Source of the DNA: Mobula hypostoma
Lineage: Eukaryota
Length of the DNA: 64,000 bases
Direction: 5' to 3'
Assembly (NCBI RefSeq): GCF_963921235.1
Contig: NC_086097.1
Location: forward strand, 21,392,001 to 21,456,000
How positions within the stretch are numbered: position 1 is the first letter of the stretch; each line of letters opens with the position of its first letter. The translations under genes were made by a program, and so were the position numbers. Shown here piece after piece: positions 11,261 through 23,805 of this stretch. The notes under the pieces were generated by a model. That model saw nothing but the letters and a program-made list of their open reading frames with translations, searched no databases and was not told the origin of the DNA.

Positions 11261-12827
11261 AACACTTTCAGTACGCTGGATGAACTCAGCAGGTCGGGCA
11301 GTATCAGTTAGAAACGATGAGTCGACGTTTTGGGCCGGAACCCTTCGTCAGGACTGAAGAATGAAAGATGGGGAAGAAGTTGAAGAACGCTTGTAGTGTC
11401 AGTTGAAAGACCAGTAATTTGAAAGACAAAGGGGTGGGGGAGTGGAAGCATTGATGTCATAGCCCTGAAAACAATGGGTGGTAGAAGAAGGAGGCGGAAC
11501 CATGAGGGAGCTGGGGGAGGGGGCAGAGTGAAATAGGGATAGAGGAAGGGAGGGGGAGGGAATTACCGGAAGTTGGAGAATTCTATGTTCATACCAAGGG
11601 GTTGGAGACTACCTAGACGGTATGTGAGGTGTTGCTCCTCCAACCTGAGTTTAGCCTCATTGTGGCAGTATAGGAGGCCATGTATGGACATATCTGAATG
11701 GGAGTGGGAAGCAGAGTTGAAGTGGGTGGCTACCAGGAGATCCTGTCTGTTTTGGCGGATGGAGCTGAGGTGCTTGACGAAGCGGTCCCCCAATCTGCGT
11801 TGGGTTTCACCGATGTAGAGGAGGCCGCACCGGGAGCACCGGATGCAATAGATGACCCCAACAGACTCACAAGTGAAGTGTTGCCTCACTTGGAAGTACT
11901 GTTTGGGGCCCTGAATGGTGGCAAGAGAGGAGGTGTAGGGACAGGTGTAGCACTTACGCTTACAGGGATAAGTGCCGGGTGGGAGATCCGTGGGGAGGGA
12001 CGTGTGGACCAGCGAGTCGCGGAGGGACCGATCCCTGCGGAAGGCGGAGAGGGGTGGAGAGGGAAAGATGTGCTTAGTGGTGGGGTCCTGTTGAAGGTGG
12101 TGGAAGTTGCCGAGGATAATGTGTTGGATCCGGAGGCTGGTGGGGTGGTAGGTGAAATGTGTTGGATCACTTCACTTTTGAGTCTGTTGGGGTCATCTAT
12201 TGCATCCGGTGCTCCCGGTGTGGCCTCCTCTACATCGGAGAAACCGGATGCAGATTAGGGGACCGCTTCGTCGAGCACCTCAGCTCCGTCCGCCAAAACA
12301 GACAGGATCTCCCAGTAGCCACCCACTTCAACTCTGCTTCCCACTCCCATTCAGATATGTCCATACATGGCCTCCTTTACTGCCACGATGAGGCTAAACT
12401 CAGGTTGGAGGAGCAACACCTCATATACCGTCTAGGTAGTCTCCAGCCCCTTGGTATGAACATAGAATTCTCCAACTTCCAGTAATTCCCTCCCCCTCCC
12501 TTCCCCTATCCCTATGTCACTCGACCCCCTCCCCCAGCTCCCTCATGGTTCCGCCTCCTTCTTCTACTGCCCATTGTTTTCAGGGCTATGATGTCAATGC
12601 TTCCCCTCCCTCACCCCTTTGTCTTTCAAATTACTGGTCTATCAACTGAAGCTACAAGCATTCTTCAAATCCTTCCCCATCTTTCATTCTTCAGTCCTGA
12701 CGAAGGGTTCCGGCCCGAAACGTTGACTCATCGTTTCTGACTGATGCTGCCCGACCTGCTGAGTTCATCCAGCGTACTGAAAGTGTTGCTTTGATCTTTT
12801 ACAGCATCTGCAGATTATTTTGTGTTT
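11261..12827. mobile_element. Fold-back Penelope insertion: two inverted GIY-YIG plus pLTR arms
   Basis: GIY-YIG ORFs 11563-11889 (-) and 12159-12485 (+) are near-identical; 14-bp TSD ACATATAACACTGT (11247-11260, 12828-12841). Confidence 0.95.
12693..12728 (+). ncRNA. Minimal type I hammerhead ribozyme motif in PLE pLTR
   Basis: AGTC-CTGACGA-AGGGTTCCGGCCC-GAAA-CGTT-GACT: helix I, CUGANGA core, helix II, GAAA, NUH triplet. Confidence 0.8.
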
Positions 12828-13009
12828 ACATATAACACTGTTCAAGGTGGCAGGACATCTCGGAACCGAGGTGGAGAGGGACAGCTGCTTTAAGTTCCTT
12901 GATGTTCACATATCAGAGCATCTGTTCTGGGATCTGCACTAAGTGTCATCACCAAAAAGGCTTTATAGGCCTCTACTTTCTTAAAAGTTTTCTTGGATTT
13001 GGCATAGGT

Positions 13010-13395
13010 TTACAGAGAAGTACAGCGTGGAAACAGGCCTGTCAGCCCATCTAGTCCATGCTGTAACCATTTAAACTGCCTACTCCCATCAACCTGCACT
13101 GTGTCCATAGCCCTCCATATCCCTACTATCCATGTACCTATCTAAACTTCCCTTAAGTATTGAAATCGAGCTCGCATGCACCACTTGTGCTGGCAGCTCA
13201 TTCCGCGCTCTCATGACCCCCTGAGTGAAGAGATTTCCCCTCATGTTCCCCTTAAGCTTTTCACCTTTCACTGTTAACCCGTGACCTTTGATTGTAGTCC
13301 CACCCAATCTCAGTGGAAAAAGCCTGCTTGCTTTACCCTATCTATATCCCTCATCATTTTGTATACCTCCATCAAATCTCCTCTTAATTTTCTAT
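13010..13395 (-). mobile_element. CR1 LINE 3' end
   Basis: ORF 13089-13307 GHGLTVKGEKLKGNMRGNLFTQ..NELP. Confidence 0.85.
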
Positions 13396-13397
13396 GT

Positions 13398-15450
13398 TAG
13401 AAACATTGAAACATAGAAAACCTACAGCACAATACAGGCCCTTTGGCCCACAAAGCTGTGCCAAACTGTTCTTACTTTAGAAATTACCTAGGATTACCCA
13501 TAGCCCTCTATTTTTCTGAGTTCCATGTACCTGTCCAGGAGTCTCTTAAGAGACCCTATCATATCTGTCTCAACCACCGTCACCGGCAGCCCATTCCATG
13601 CACTCACCACTCTCTGCGTAAAAAACTTAACCCTGACATCGTGTTTACCCTGACATCCCTTCTGTACCTACTTCGAAGCACCTTAAAACTGTGCCCTCTC
13701 GTGCTAGCCATTCCAGCCCTGGGAAAAAGCCTCTGACTATCCACACAATCAATGCCTCTCATCATCTTATACACCTCTATCCGGTCACCTCTTATCCTCC
13801 GTCGCTTCAAGGAAAAAAGGCCGAGTTAACTCAACCTCATAAGGCATGCTCCCCAATCCAGGCAACATTCTTGTAAGTCTCCTCTGCACCCTTTCTATGG
13901 TTTCCACATCCTTCCAATAGTAAGGCGACCAGAACTGATCACAGTACTCCAAATGGGGTCTGACCAGGGTCCTATATACATGCAACATTACCTCTCAGCT
14001 CCTAAACTCAGTCTCATGATTAATGAAAACCAATGCACCATATGCTGTCTTAACCACAGAGTCAACCTGCGCAGCAGCTTTGAGTTTCCTGTGGACTCGG
14101 ACTCCAAGATCCCTCTGTTCCTCCACACTACCAAGAGTCTTACCACTAATACTATATTCTGCCATCATATTTGACCAACCAAAATGATCCACCTCACACT
14201 TATCTGGGTTGAACTCCATCTGCCACTTCTCAGCCCAGTTTTGCATCCTATCGATGTCCAGCTGGAACCTCTGACAGCCCTCCACACTATCCACAACACT
14301 CCCAACCTTTGTGACATCAGCAAATTTACTAACCCCTCCCTCCATTTCTTCATCCAGGTCATTTATAAAAATCATGAAAAGCAGAGGTCCCAGAACAGAT
14401 CCCTGATGCACACCACTGGTGACCAACCTCCATGCAGAATATGACCCATCTACAACCATTCTTTGCCTTTTGTGGGCAAGCCAGTTCCGGATCCACAAAG
14501 CAATGTCCCCTTGGATCCCATGCCTCCTTACTTTCTCAATAAGCCTTGCAGTGGGGTAGCTTGTCAAATGCCTTGCTGAAATCCATATACACTACATCTA
14601 CAGCTCTTCCTTCATCAATGTGTTTTGTCACATCCTCAAAAAATTCAATCAGGATCATAAGGCACGACCTGCCTTTGACAAAGCCATGCTGACTATTCCT
14701 AATCATATTATGCCTCTCCAAATGTTCATAAATCCTGCCTCTCAGGATCTTCTCCATCAACTTACCAACCACTGAAGTAAGACTCACTGGTCTATAATTT
14801 CCTGGGCTATCTCTAATCCCTTACTTGAATAATGGAACAGCATCTGCAACCCTCCAATCCTCCGGAACCTCTCTGGTACCCATTGATGATGCAAAGATCA
14901 ATGCCAGTGGCTCAGCAATCTCCTCCCTCGCTTCCCACACTAGCCTGGGGTACATCTCGTCCGGTCCCGGTGACTTATCCAACTTGATGCTTTCCAAAAG
15001 CTCCAGCACATCCTCTTTCTTAATATCTACATGCTCAAACTTTTCAGTCCGCTGTAAGTCATCCCTACAATCGCCAAGATCCTTTTCCGTAGTGAATACT
15101 GAAGCAAAGTATTCATTAAGTACCGCTGCTATCTCCTCTGGTTCCATACGTCTTATCATCTTGCTCTTGACATACTTGTAGAATCCCTTGGGATTTTCCT
15201 GAATCCTGTCCGTCAAGGTCTTCTCATGGCGCCTTCTGGCTCTCCTAATTTCTTTCTTAAGCTCCTTCCTGCTAGCCTTATAATCTTCTAGATCTCTATC
15301 ATTACCTAGTTTTTTGAACCTTTTGTAAGCTCTTCTTTTCTTCTTGACTGGATTTACAGCAGCCTTTGTACACCACGGTTCCTGTATCCTACCATCCTTC
15401 CCCATCTCATTGGAATGTACCTATGTAGAACTCCACGCAAATAACCCCTG
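13398..15450 (-). mobile_element. CR1 LINE ORF2 (RT), about 2 kb, frameshifted
   Basis: KSPGPD, SLTSVVGKLME, QHGFVKGRSC, YMDFSKAFD, QGSVLGPLLF, KFAD motifs across ORFs 14821-15405, 14536-14787 and 13995-14567. Confidence 0.95.
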
Positions 15451-15699
15451 ACCTACCCTGGTTGGTCCTACCAAAGTACGAAACCTCATACTTGTCTACA
15501 TTAAATTCCATCAGCCATTTTTCAGCTCATTTTTCCAGCTGATGCAGATCCCTCTGCAAGCCTTAGTAGCTTTCTTCACTGTTCACCACACCTCATAATC
15601 TTGGTATCACCTGCATATTTGCTGATCCAGTTAACCACATTATCATCCAGATCATTGATGTAGATGACAAACAACAAAGGACCCAGCACTGATCTGGCA

Positions 15700-16195
15700 T
15701 CTCAGCAAAAACTTTGACAAAGTTCAATAGAGGCACAGTTTAGAGTATCTTTACTGGTAGCATCACAGTCTGGTATGGAAACAACATTGCCCAGGAGTGG
15801 AAAAGACTACTGAGAGTGGTAGATATAGCACCAAAGACAAAGGCCTCCCCACCGTTAAGCACATTGACAAGGATCACTGACTCAAGAAGATAGCACCCAT
15901 AATCAAGTACCCCCACCATCCAGGCCATGCTCTCTTCTTGCTACTACCATCAGGCGGAAGGCACAAAAGCTTTAAGTCCCAAACCACTAGGTTTGACATG
16001 AGTTATTACCCTACAACTATCAGGCTTATCAACTGGAGTGAATAACTTCACTCAGCACTAGCCTGAACTGATTCTATGACCTAAGGAATCTTTACAACTC
16101 ATGGTCTCAGTATTATTTCTTTTATTTGCTGAGTTTGTCTTCTTTTGCACATTGGTTGTTTGTCAGTCTTTGCTTATGTATATATTTTTTGTAAA
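15700..16195 (+). mobile_element. Rex-Babar-type LINE 3' end
   Basis: SIFTGSITVWYGN and IIKYPHHPGHALFLLLPSG motifs. Confidence 0.75.
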
Positions 16196-16701
16196 TTCTG
16201 TTTGTGGGAGGACGAAATAACCACACACAGCTCTGAGACAAATGATCTGGTACAGGCCATCTCCGGATTATGACAGTGTTCTGTTCCTGAGAACTCGTAA
16301 GCCAGTTTTTTTTTTGGCTGTATGTCTGAAATGAACAAAAACCAGGAGAGGATCACTGTGCCTGGAGAGCAAACAAGTGTGAGAAAAGTAGCCCCCAGTC
16401 ACCCGTGTGTGAGCCAACTCTGTGCAGATTGACCTGACTCCCAATTGTTGCGGTGGAAAATGAAGAATCACCTTGACACAACAATCATCTACAAAGTACT
16501 TCCTGGCGATTAGAATTAGGGCAACATAGTGGAGTATTGTGGGTTCTGAGGGATAAGGGGTACACATTTAATTCTTTTAGATGTTCTTGTCCAGTGTTGA
16601 CTCTTGGCACCAGCCTCCAAGGGCTAGTATTTGCTTTGATAGGTCCTCTTTAATTCATAGTAAAGCATGTATGAACGTGTTAATGAAAATCAGAGGATAT
16701 C

Positions 16702-17043
16702 GGGGCCGGCTGGTGGCACAAGGACATCGGCGCCGGACCTGGAAGCGGAGGTTCCCGGGTTCAAAACTCGTCGGGTCCGCCCCGGAGCACGCTTTCCATC
16801 CACATCGGGTTGAGTGTCGAGAACACAACTCGACTTCGCAAAACAAAGGGAAAATACTGTGAAAATGTCTGTGTGAGGAGTGGCGACCCACACAGTCTCT
16901 CTCTGTCGCTCCGCGCCTTGGAAAAAGCCATGAAAAATCCGTCATCACGGATGCACGCACAGACGCACGCACAGACTCGCAGACGCACACGCAGACGCAC
17001 GCACAGACTCGCACGCACACAGGCACACGCCAAAAAAAAAGAA
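16702..17043 (+). mobile_element. Young tRNA-derived SINE
   Basis: A box TGGCACAAGG and B box GGTTCAAAAC; GCACGCACAGAC-type repeats; A-rich tail; perfect 17-bp TSD GAAAATCAGAGGATATC (16685-16701, 17044-17060). Confidence 0.92.
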
Positions 17044-17294
17044 GAAAATCAGAGGATATCACAGTTATAGACTGTTGGTAGACGTCTCAGTTTTAAAGGT
17101 TATTTAAAGACAAGCAAATATGAGTTAATTCCTCAGTTGCACCATGTGATAGATCCTGGTGATATTGTATTGAGTAGCATATATTGTATTGAGTAGCATA
17201 CATAAATGTTGAACTGAGAGAAATAATTCCTCCACTGCAGTTTGTGTGAATAATACAAAGCTGTTGGTGCGCTTAGATAAGAAAAACTTGAGAT

Positions 17295-17482
17295 TCTGCA
17301 GAGGGTGGAAATCCAGAGCAACACACACAAAATGCCAGAGGACTTAGTGGGTCAGAGAGTATCTATAGATAGGAATAAACAGTCAGTGAAAAGTCTTGGC
17401 CAGAAACGTCGACAGTTTATTCCTCTCCGTAGATGCTGCCCGATCTGCTGAGTTCCTCTTGAATTTTGTGTGTGTCGCTCTG
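17295..17482. repeat. Short fold-back derived from the PLE 3' end
   Basis: CCAGAGCAACACACACAAAAT..ATCTATAGA..GGAATAAACAGTC mirrored by GACAGTTTATTCC..TAGATGC..ATTTTGTGTGTGTCGCTCTGG. Confidence 0.8.
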
Positions 17483-18989
17483 GGTGCTTAGATTTTAACC
17501 CCAAGCCTGCATATAGCTTGATTGTGTTTCCCCCAGTGCTTGAGAATGAACAACATATAGAACACTACGATACAGCTCAACATTAGTTTTTGGCACTTGC
17601 ATCTTACATTACTGTAACTGTCTTTGATTTTAACTAAGCTGGTGAGTGTTGTCAGCAATCTTTTTATCCTTGCAAAGATCGAGCCTGCTGATGGGCCTCT
17701 ATGGAAGTACTCTCATGCGTATTATGCTGGAAGGAGAACAGTACCTAATTAGGTGAATTGCCTACTTAGGTGTGTGCCCTGAGCAGATTGTAACGTTGAT
17801 TAATTTTTCAGCTGTTCACATTGGTTTCTCGTGCAGTGGACATGTATTTTTCCCCTTGGGCAGTAAGTGTGGATAAGCCAGAGCGTGCTGGCCTCCCAGC
17901 CGATTTGCTCTCGCCAGCAACAAGTGATGATGTAGGAGAGTGCAGATGCTGGAATATGGAGCAATGAGCAGTCTACTGGAGGAGATCAGCAAGTCAAACA
18001 GCATCTGTGTGTGTGTGTGTGTGTTGAGGGGAAGGTTGATGGAGAAGGAATTAATGAAGCCCAGCATTCACCCAAAGATGTTCCTCAATTGCAGAATGTA
18101 GGTCAATTCAGTGCTTAGCTCTGAGGGACTGCCCTCTTTTGAGTGAGATGCTAGCCAAGGGTTGGCAAACACTGGTCCCGCAATGCTGCTCAAGGGAATT
18201 CCAATACTGTAGAGAACCAACTTCTTTCCTTTCTCTGCTTTAGTGGTACTCAGTCAAGCTAATGTGTAAGACTTCTATTCCTGAGATAAATAATCTGCTG
18301 GAATAAATGTTTAGATTGGTAAATTATGGGCATGCTAAAATGGTGCTGGAAGCATGGCGACACATCCTCGGATTGTGCTGGTCATTGATGCAAAAACATA
18401 TTTCGCTGTATTGTTTGATGTTTCAACGTACATGTGATAAATAAAGCTCATCTTTATCTTCAGTTTCTGTATCTATGCTGCTACCTTCAGGGATCTTTGG
18501 ACTTGTAGTCAAAGGTTCCTTTCTTCCTCAATAGTCCCCAAGGCCCTACCATTCATTGTGTATACCCTTATTTGACCCCCCCCACCCTCAAAATACATGC
18601 TTCACACTTAACGGGATGAAATTCCATCTGCCATTGCTGTGCCCAACTTGCCAGCTGAATACATGTTGAGAAGAATATATTGACGGGTAAGATAAAGAGG
18701 GATGGGAAGAGGTGCGAATGAAGCATAACTCCATCAGTTCGATATTGCATGTAAACAAAGGTGAGGTAGGAATAGGGAATATACACTTCCCCTTGGGTTT
18801 GTTTAGTCAATTAATTGAGGAGAAAACTGTATCTTAATCTGTACCTCCAGTTCTATCTACCTGCTTGTGTTCCAGATCCCTTGACCTAATAAAAATACAC
18901 TTATTTCAGTTTTCCAGATTGTTTAGACTATGTCCATAAGGGATTTTCCAGACCTCTGTAACCATGTCAGAATCTTGTGATTCTTGAAA

Positions 18990-20645
18990 GATCAGAACCC
19001 TGGGGTATTGTCCATCTGGTCCAGATGACTTAATCGTCTTTCAGACCTTTCAGTTTCCCAAGCACCATCTCCCTAGTAATAGCAATTGCATTCACTTCTG
19101 CCCCTGAAACTCCTGAATCTCCAGTATGCTGCTAATGATTTCCACAGTGAAGGTGGATACAAAATACTTGTTCAGTTCATCCACCATTTCCTTGTCCCCC
19201 ATTGCTACTTCTACAGTGTCATTTTCCATTGGTCTGATATGTACACTCACTTCTCTTTTACTTTTTATAGATTTGAAAAAGTTTTTGATATCCTCTTTGA
19301 TATCATTGGCTAACTTACATTCATATTTCATCTTTTCCATCCCTATAGTTTTTTTAGTTGCCTTTTGTCGATTTTTAAAAGCTTCCTAGTCCTCTAACTT
19401 CCCATTAATTTTTGCTCTATTATATGCCCTTTCTTTTGCTTTTATGTTGTTTTTGATTTCCCTTGTCATTTACGGTGCCTCATCCTGCCTTTAGAATCCT
19501 TCTTCTTCTTTGGGATGAATCTATCCTACGTCTTTCGAATTTCTCCCAGAAACTCCAGCCATTGCTGTTTTGCCGTCATCCCCGCTAGTGTCCCCTTCCA
19601 ATCAACTTTTACCAGCTCCTCTCTCATGTCTCTGTAATTCCTTTTACTCCGCTGTAATCCTGATACATCTGACTTTAGCTTCTTTCTCTCAAACAACAGG
19701 GTGAATTCTATCATGTTATGATCGCTGCCTCCGAAGGTCAGTGGCTTTACCTTAAGTTCCCTAATCAAATCTGGTTTATTACACAACACCCAATCTAGAA
19801 TAGCCTTTCTCCTAGTGGGGTCAACCACACACTGTTCTAGAAAAACATTTTGTAGGCACTCTACAAATTTTTTCTTTTGTGATCCAGCACCAACTTGATT
19901 TTCCCAATCTATCTGTATATTGAAATTGTAACTTTTCCCTTTTGATATGCGTTTTCTATCTCACATTGTAATTTGTACCCCACATCCTGGTTACTGTTTG
20001 GAGACATGTATATAACTCCATCAGGTCTTTTTACTCTTGCGGTTTCTTAACTCTACCCACAAGGATTCTACATCTTCCGATCCCATGTCACTTCTTTCTA
20101 ATGATTTGATTTCATTTTACCACCAGAGCCACCTCAACCCCTCTGCCTAACTGCCTGTCCTTTCGATACAATGTTTACCTTTGGATGTTAATCTCCCAAT
20201 TATGATCTTTCCGCCATGACTTAGCAATGCCCATCACATTACCACCTGCCAATCTCTAACTGAGCTACAAGATCATTTACCTTATTCCATATACTGCGTG
20301 CATTCAAATATAACACCTTCAATCCTGTATTCATCACCCTTTTCAATCTTAACTCCACTTTACTCTGCAACTCATCCCACTGACTGCAATTTTCCCCGAC
20401 CATCTGCCTGTCCTTCCTGACACTGCATCTAGCTGCATACTAACTGCCCCATCCTCAGCCCTATCACTCTGGTCCCATCACCCTGCCAACTTAGTTAAAA
20501 AACCTTCCCCAACAGTGCTGGCAAGGATATTGGTCCCTCTTGGGGTTAGGTGTAAACCCATCTCTTTTGTATAGGTCTGCTCCCGACCCCTGCCCCCCTG
20601 TACCAGTTCCTCATCCATGCATTCATCTGCCAAATTATTCTATTC
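18990..20645 (-). mobile_element. CR1 LINE ORF2, endonuclease/linker region
   Basis: ORF 19526-19828 PTRRKAILDWVL..GGSDHNMIEF (APE endonuclease end); ORF 19092-19340 LANDIKEDIKNFFK..ELNKYFVSTFT. Confidence 0.92.
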
Positions 20646-23600
20646 TTACACTCACTGGCACGTGTTACTGTCGTTGTTCTGTACACAAGTGTAATGGAGA
20701 ACAAATAATTGTTACTCCGAATCCAATCCAGCATTAAAAAAAACACAATAAGCATAAAGAACCTAATAAAGCACAATATATACGTAAAAGCAATCCTATA
20801 AAACACCATGTACAAGTAACTACATAAAGAGATGCTAGGTGATGTGTATGTAGTGGTAGTGGGAGACGTTGATCAGCCTTGTTGCTTGGGGAAAGTAATT
20901 GTTTATGAACCTGGTGGTCCTGGTGTAGATGTTACGTAGCCTCTTCCCTGATGGGTGTGGGACAACTCCATAAACAGGGTGGGTGTTATCCTTCATGATG
21001 TTGCAGGCGCCTTTCTGTATACGGTACATGTCGTTGATGGTGGGTAGGCTGGTGCCGGTGATAATATTGGATCTACAGATTTTTTGGGGGAGTGAATTTC
21101 AACCCTTCTTTTTTCCAGAGCTTCTCAGACCTACTTTGCATTTCCAGCATCTGCTGTTGTTATTTTAGATTTCTGGCTTCCCTGCTGTTTCCGTTTACTG
21201 CAGGGTGTTATTTGATGGGAGGCACTTTGTACAACTGACATTGGCTTTAGCCAGAAATTATTTGATAATGTTCATTTTCAAACCACTCCAAGCACAAAAC
21301 GTTCAAGGATGAATCTTTTGCTTTAAAACAAACTTGATTGTTGTTTAAAACTTGGATTAACCTTTTATGACCTATGTATTAAGCAATAATGATTTGAGTA
21401 TGGGTCTTGCACATTGCTTCCTGATCATTACCGCTGTATAGAAGCTGAGAGGTTTATGGCACAGGGCAAGGCCATTTGGCCTGTTGTGACAGTGTTTGCC
21501 CTCTCCCTGTGTCCCCTTCCCACAGCCTGTTATCTTCTGCTTCTTCATATATTTACATTTACAGCGACAGGTGCAGAAAAGGGCCCAATAGATCACTGGG
21601 GGCCCGAGTCACCCCCAACCACAAACTCCCAGCTGTTACCATCCAGGAAATGGAACCTCAGCATTAAAGCCAGGACAGCTTCTTCCACCAGGCCATCAGA
21701 CTGATTAATTCACGCTGACACAATTGTATTTCTAAGCTGTATTGACTGTTTTGTTGTATATCTTACTGTACGTACTATTTATTACAAATTACTATAATTT
21801 GCACATTGCACATTCAAATGGAGATGTAACGTAAAGATTTCTACTCATGTATATGAAAGAGGTAAGAAATAAAATCAATTTATTTCAATATTCTGGTCTT
21901 TTCCCACGAGAAACCATGGCAGAACATCCCACATTTGAAATGTGCCATTAGATTTAGTGCTCTTCTCATTCATTGAGTCCTTTCTCTTATTGTTGGTGTA
22001 GGAATTAGATTGCGCCTCAACCAGCCTGAGAGTAAAATGTCTGCAAAAGGTTTCATCCTGGACCATATTTCTTCTCTATTCATCTCTCTCAGCTTGCACT
22101 AATGTCATTATGCTTATTTTGTTGTACAAATTATATGTAATTTATGTTAAGTTTATTTTAACATGTACTGCTGCTGTAGAAAGCTGATTTTCAGGTCATT
22201 TTATCCTGGATGTGTAAGCCTCTGGCAATAAACTTGAACTTGACTTGAAGGAGAAACACCGGGCTTTATCATTTCGTGGGCTGCTGGTTACCTGACATCT
22301 CCTCACTCCCGACCAGCCAGGAGAGCTGTTTATCAGATCCTGCTATGTATTTTTGTCTTCATAGTAGAAATGACCGCACCTTGCAAGGATTTTTGCAGCT
22401 GAAGGGACATTCCGTCCATCGAGGTCATGAAAGATATTATGAAAATGCAAATGTAGAGCGTTGCCACAAGAAAACATCCATCCTCAAGGACCCCACCATC
22501 CACGTTATGCTGTCTTTTCGCTGCTGCCAATGGGCAGGAGGTACAGAAGCCTTAGATTCCACACCACTATGTTTAGGAACAGTTATTACTCTTCATCCGT
22601 CAGGCTCCTGAACCAGTGTGGATAACTTCACTCATCTCAACTCTGAACTGATTCCAAAACCTCTGGACTCACTTTCAAGGACTCTTCAATTCATGTTCTC
22701 CAGTATTTATTATCGATCTATCTATCTCAAATTTGCACAGTTTTTCTTCTTTTGTACATTGGTTGTTTGTCAGTTTTTGTTTTTGCCTAGATTTTCAGTA
22801 TTCTGTTGTATTTCTTTGTTCTACTGTGAATGCTCTGCTGTTCCAGCAATCGATGCGACCAAGGGTGACATCCTCCCAATGGTCCACAAAGCTACTACTT
22901 TCACTTCCTTTACATCTTTTTCTTTCAAATGTGGTTCTGCTGCTGTTGGAGCTTGTGATCGACATTTTGATGGTGTGTTTTCGGGCTAATTTAGTGATCT
23001 GGCGCTTTGCTGTCTCTGAGGGTGATCGGTGAGGTTTTGAGTGAAGCATGCGGCCTTGAGGCCAAGAAGCCTGGAGACAAAGTGTGAGCCCATGATCGAC
23101 TCCATTTCTTGCTGATCTTGCCAATTAAAGCATCAAGGAAGATTGAAGTCATCGAGACGAGCACGGAAGGTGAGCAGGTGTTCAGTGCCATCTACCAGCC
23201 TCTTGTTTCCTGCTGCCAGAGGAAGTTATCTGTGTGTGATGGTCTCTCTCTCTCTCTCACTTGCTGCTCTCAGAGGAAGGTGCCGCTTTCGAATGGCCTC
23301 TCGCTCCCTCTCACTTAATGCTGCTAGAGGATTGTGCTGGAGTCCTGGGTCTAGGACAAGGTTTAATCAATGCGGTTTGTAGATTGGACTCTGTAGCTCA
23401 CATTATGATGTGTTTCTGGTTTCTGGTCTCTCCTTTTTTTGTTGCTATTTTGGGTGATTTGGATCGGGGAGGCTAAGGATAATAAACAACACAGCACTAG
23501 ATTGAACTGAGCTGAATATGCCTGAACTCTTTCGATTTTTTAATGTTTTATATCCTATATTTTTCACTTTTTTTTGCTCTTCGCATGATTTGTTTTTTTT

Positions 23601-23805
23601 TTCCCTGTCATGGGGTTCTTGGCCGGAAACGTCAACTGTACCTCTTCCTCGAGATGCTGCCTGGCCTGCTGCGTTCACCAGCAACTTTTATGTGTTTTGT
23701 CTGGTATGGGGTATTGATGTTTTTCATTGAATAGGTTCCATGGTTTTCGTTGTTTCATGGCTTTCTGTGGGAAGGCGAATCTCAAAATTGTATACTGCAT
23801 ACATA

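Noticed and set aside
11698..12258. 186-aa + strand ORF
   Set aside because: Antisense reading of the Penelope GIY-YIG arm.
16702..16780. tRNA gene
   Set aside because: A and B boxes are present, but the sequence continues into a SINE body with an A-tail and TSD; no convincing cloverleaf.
22355..22420. Possible small exon after TTTTGTCTTCATAG
   Set aside because: No convincing donor site and no recognisable peptide; adjoins a LINE fragment.
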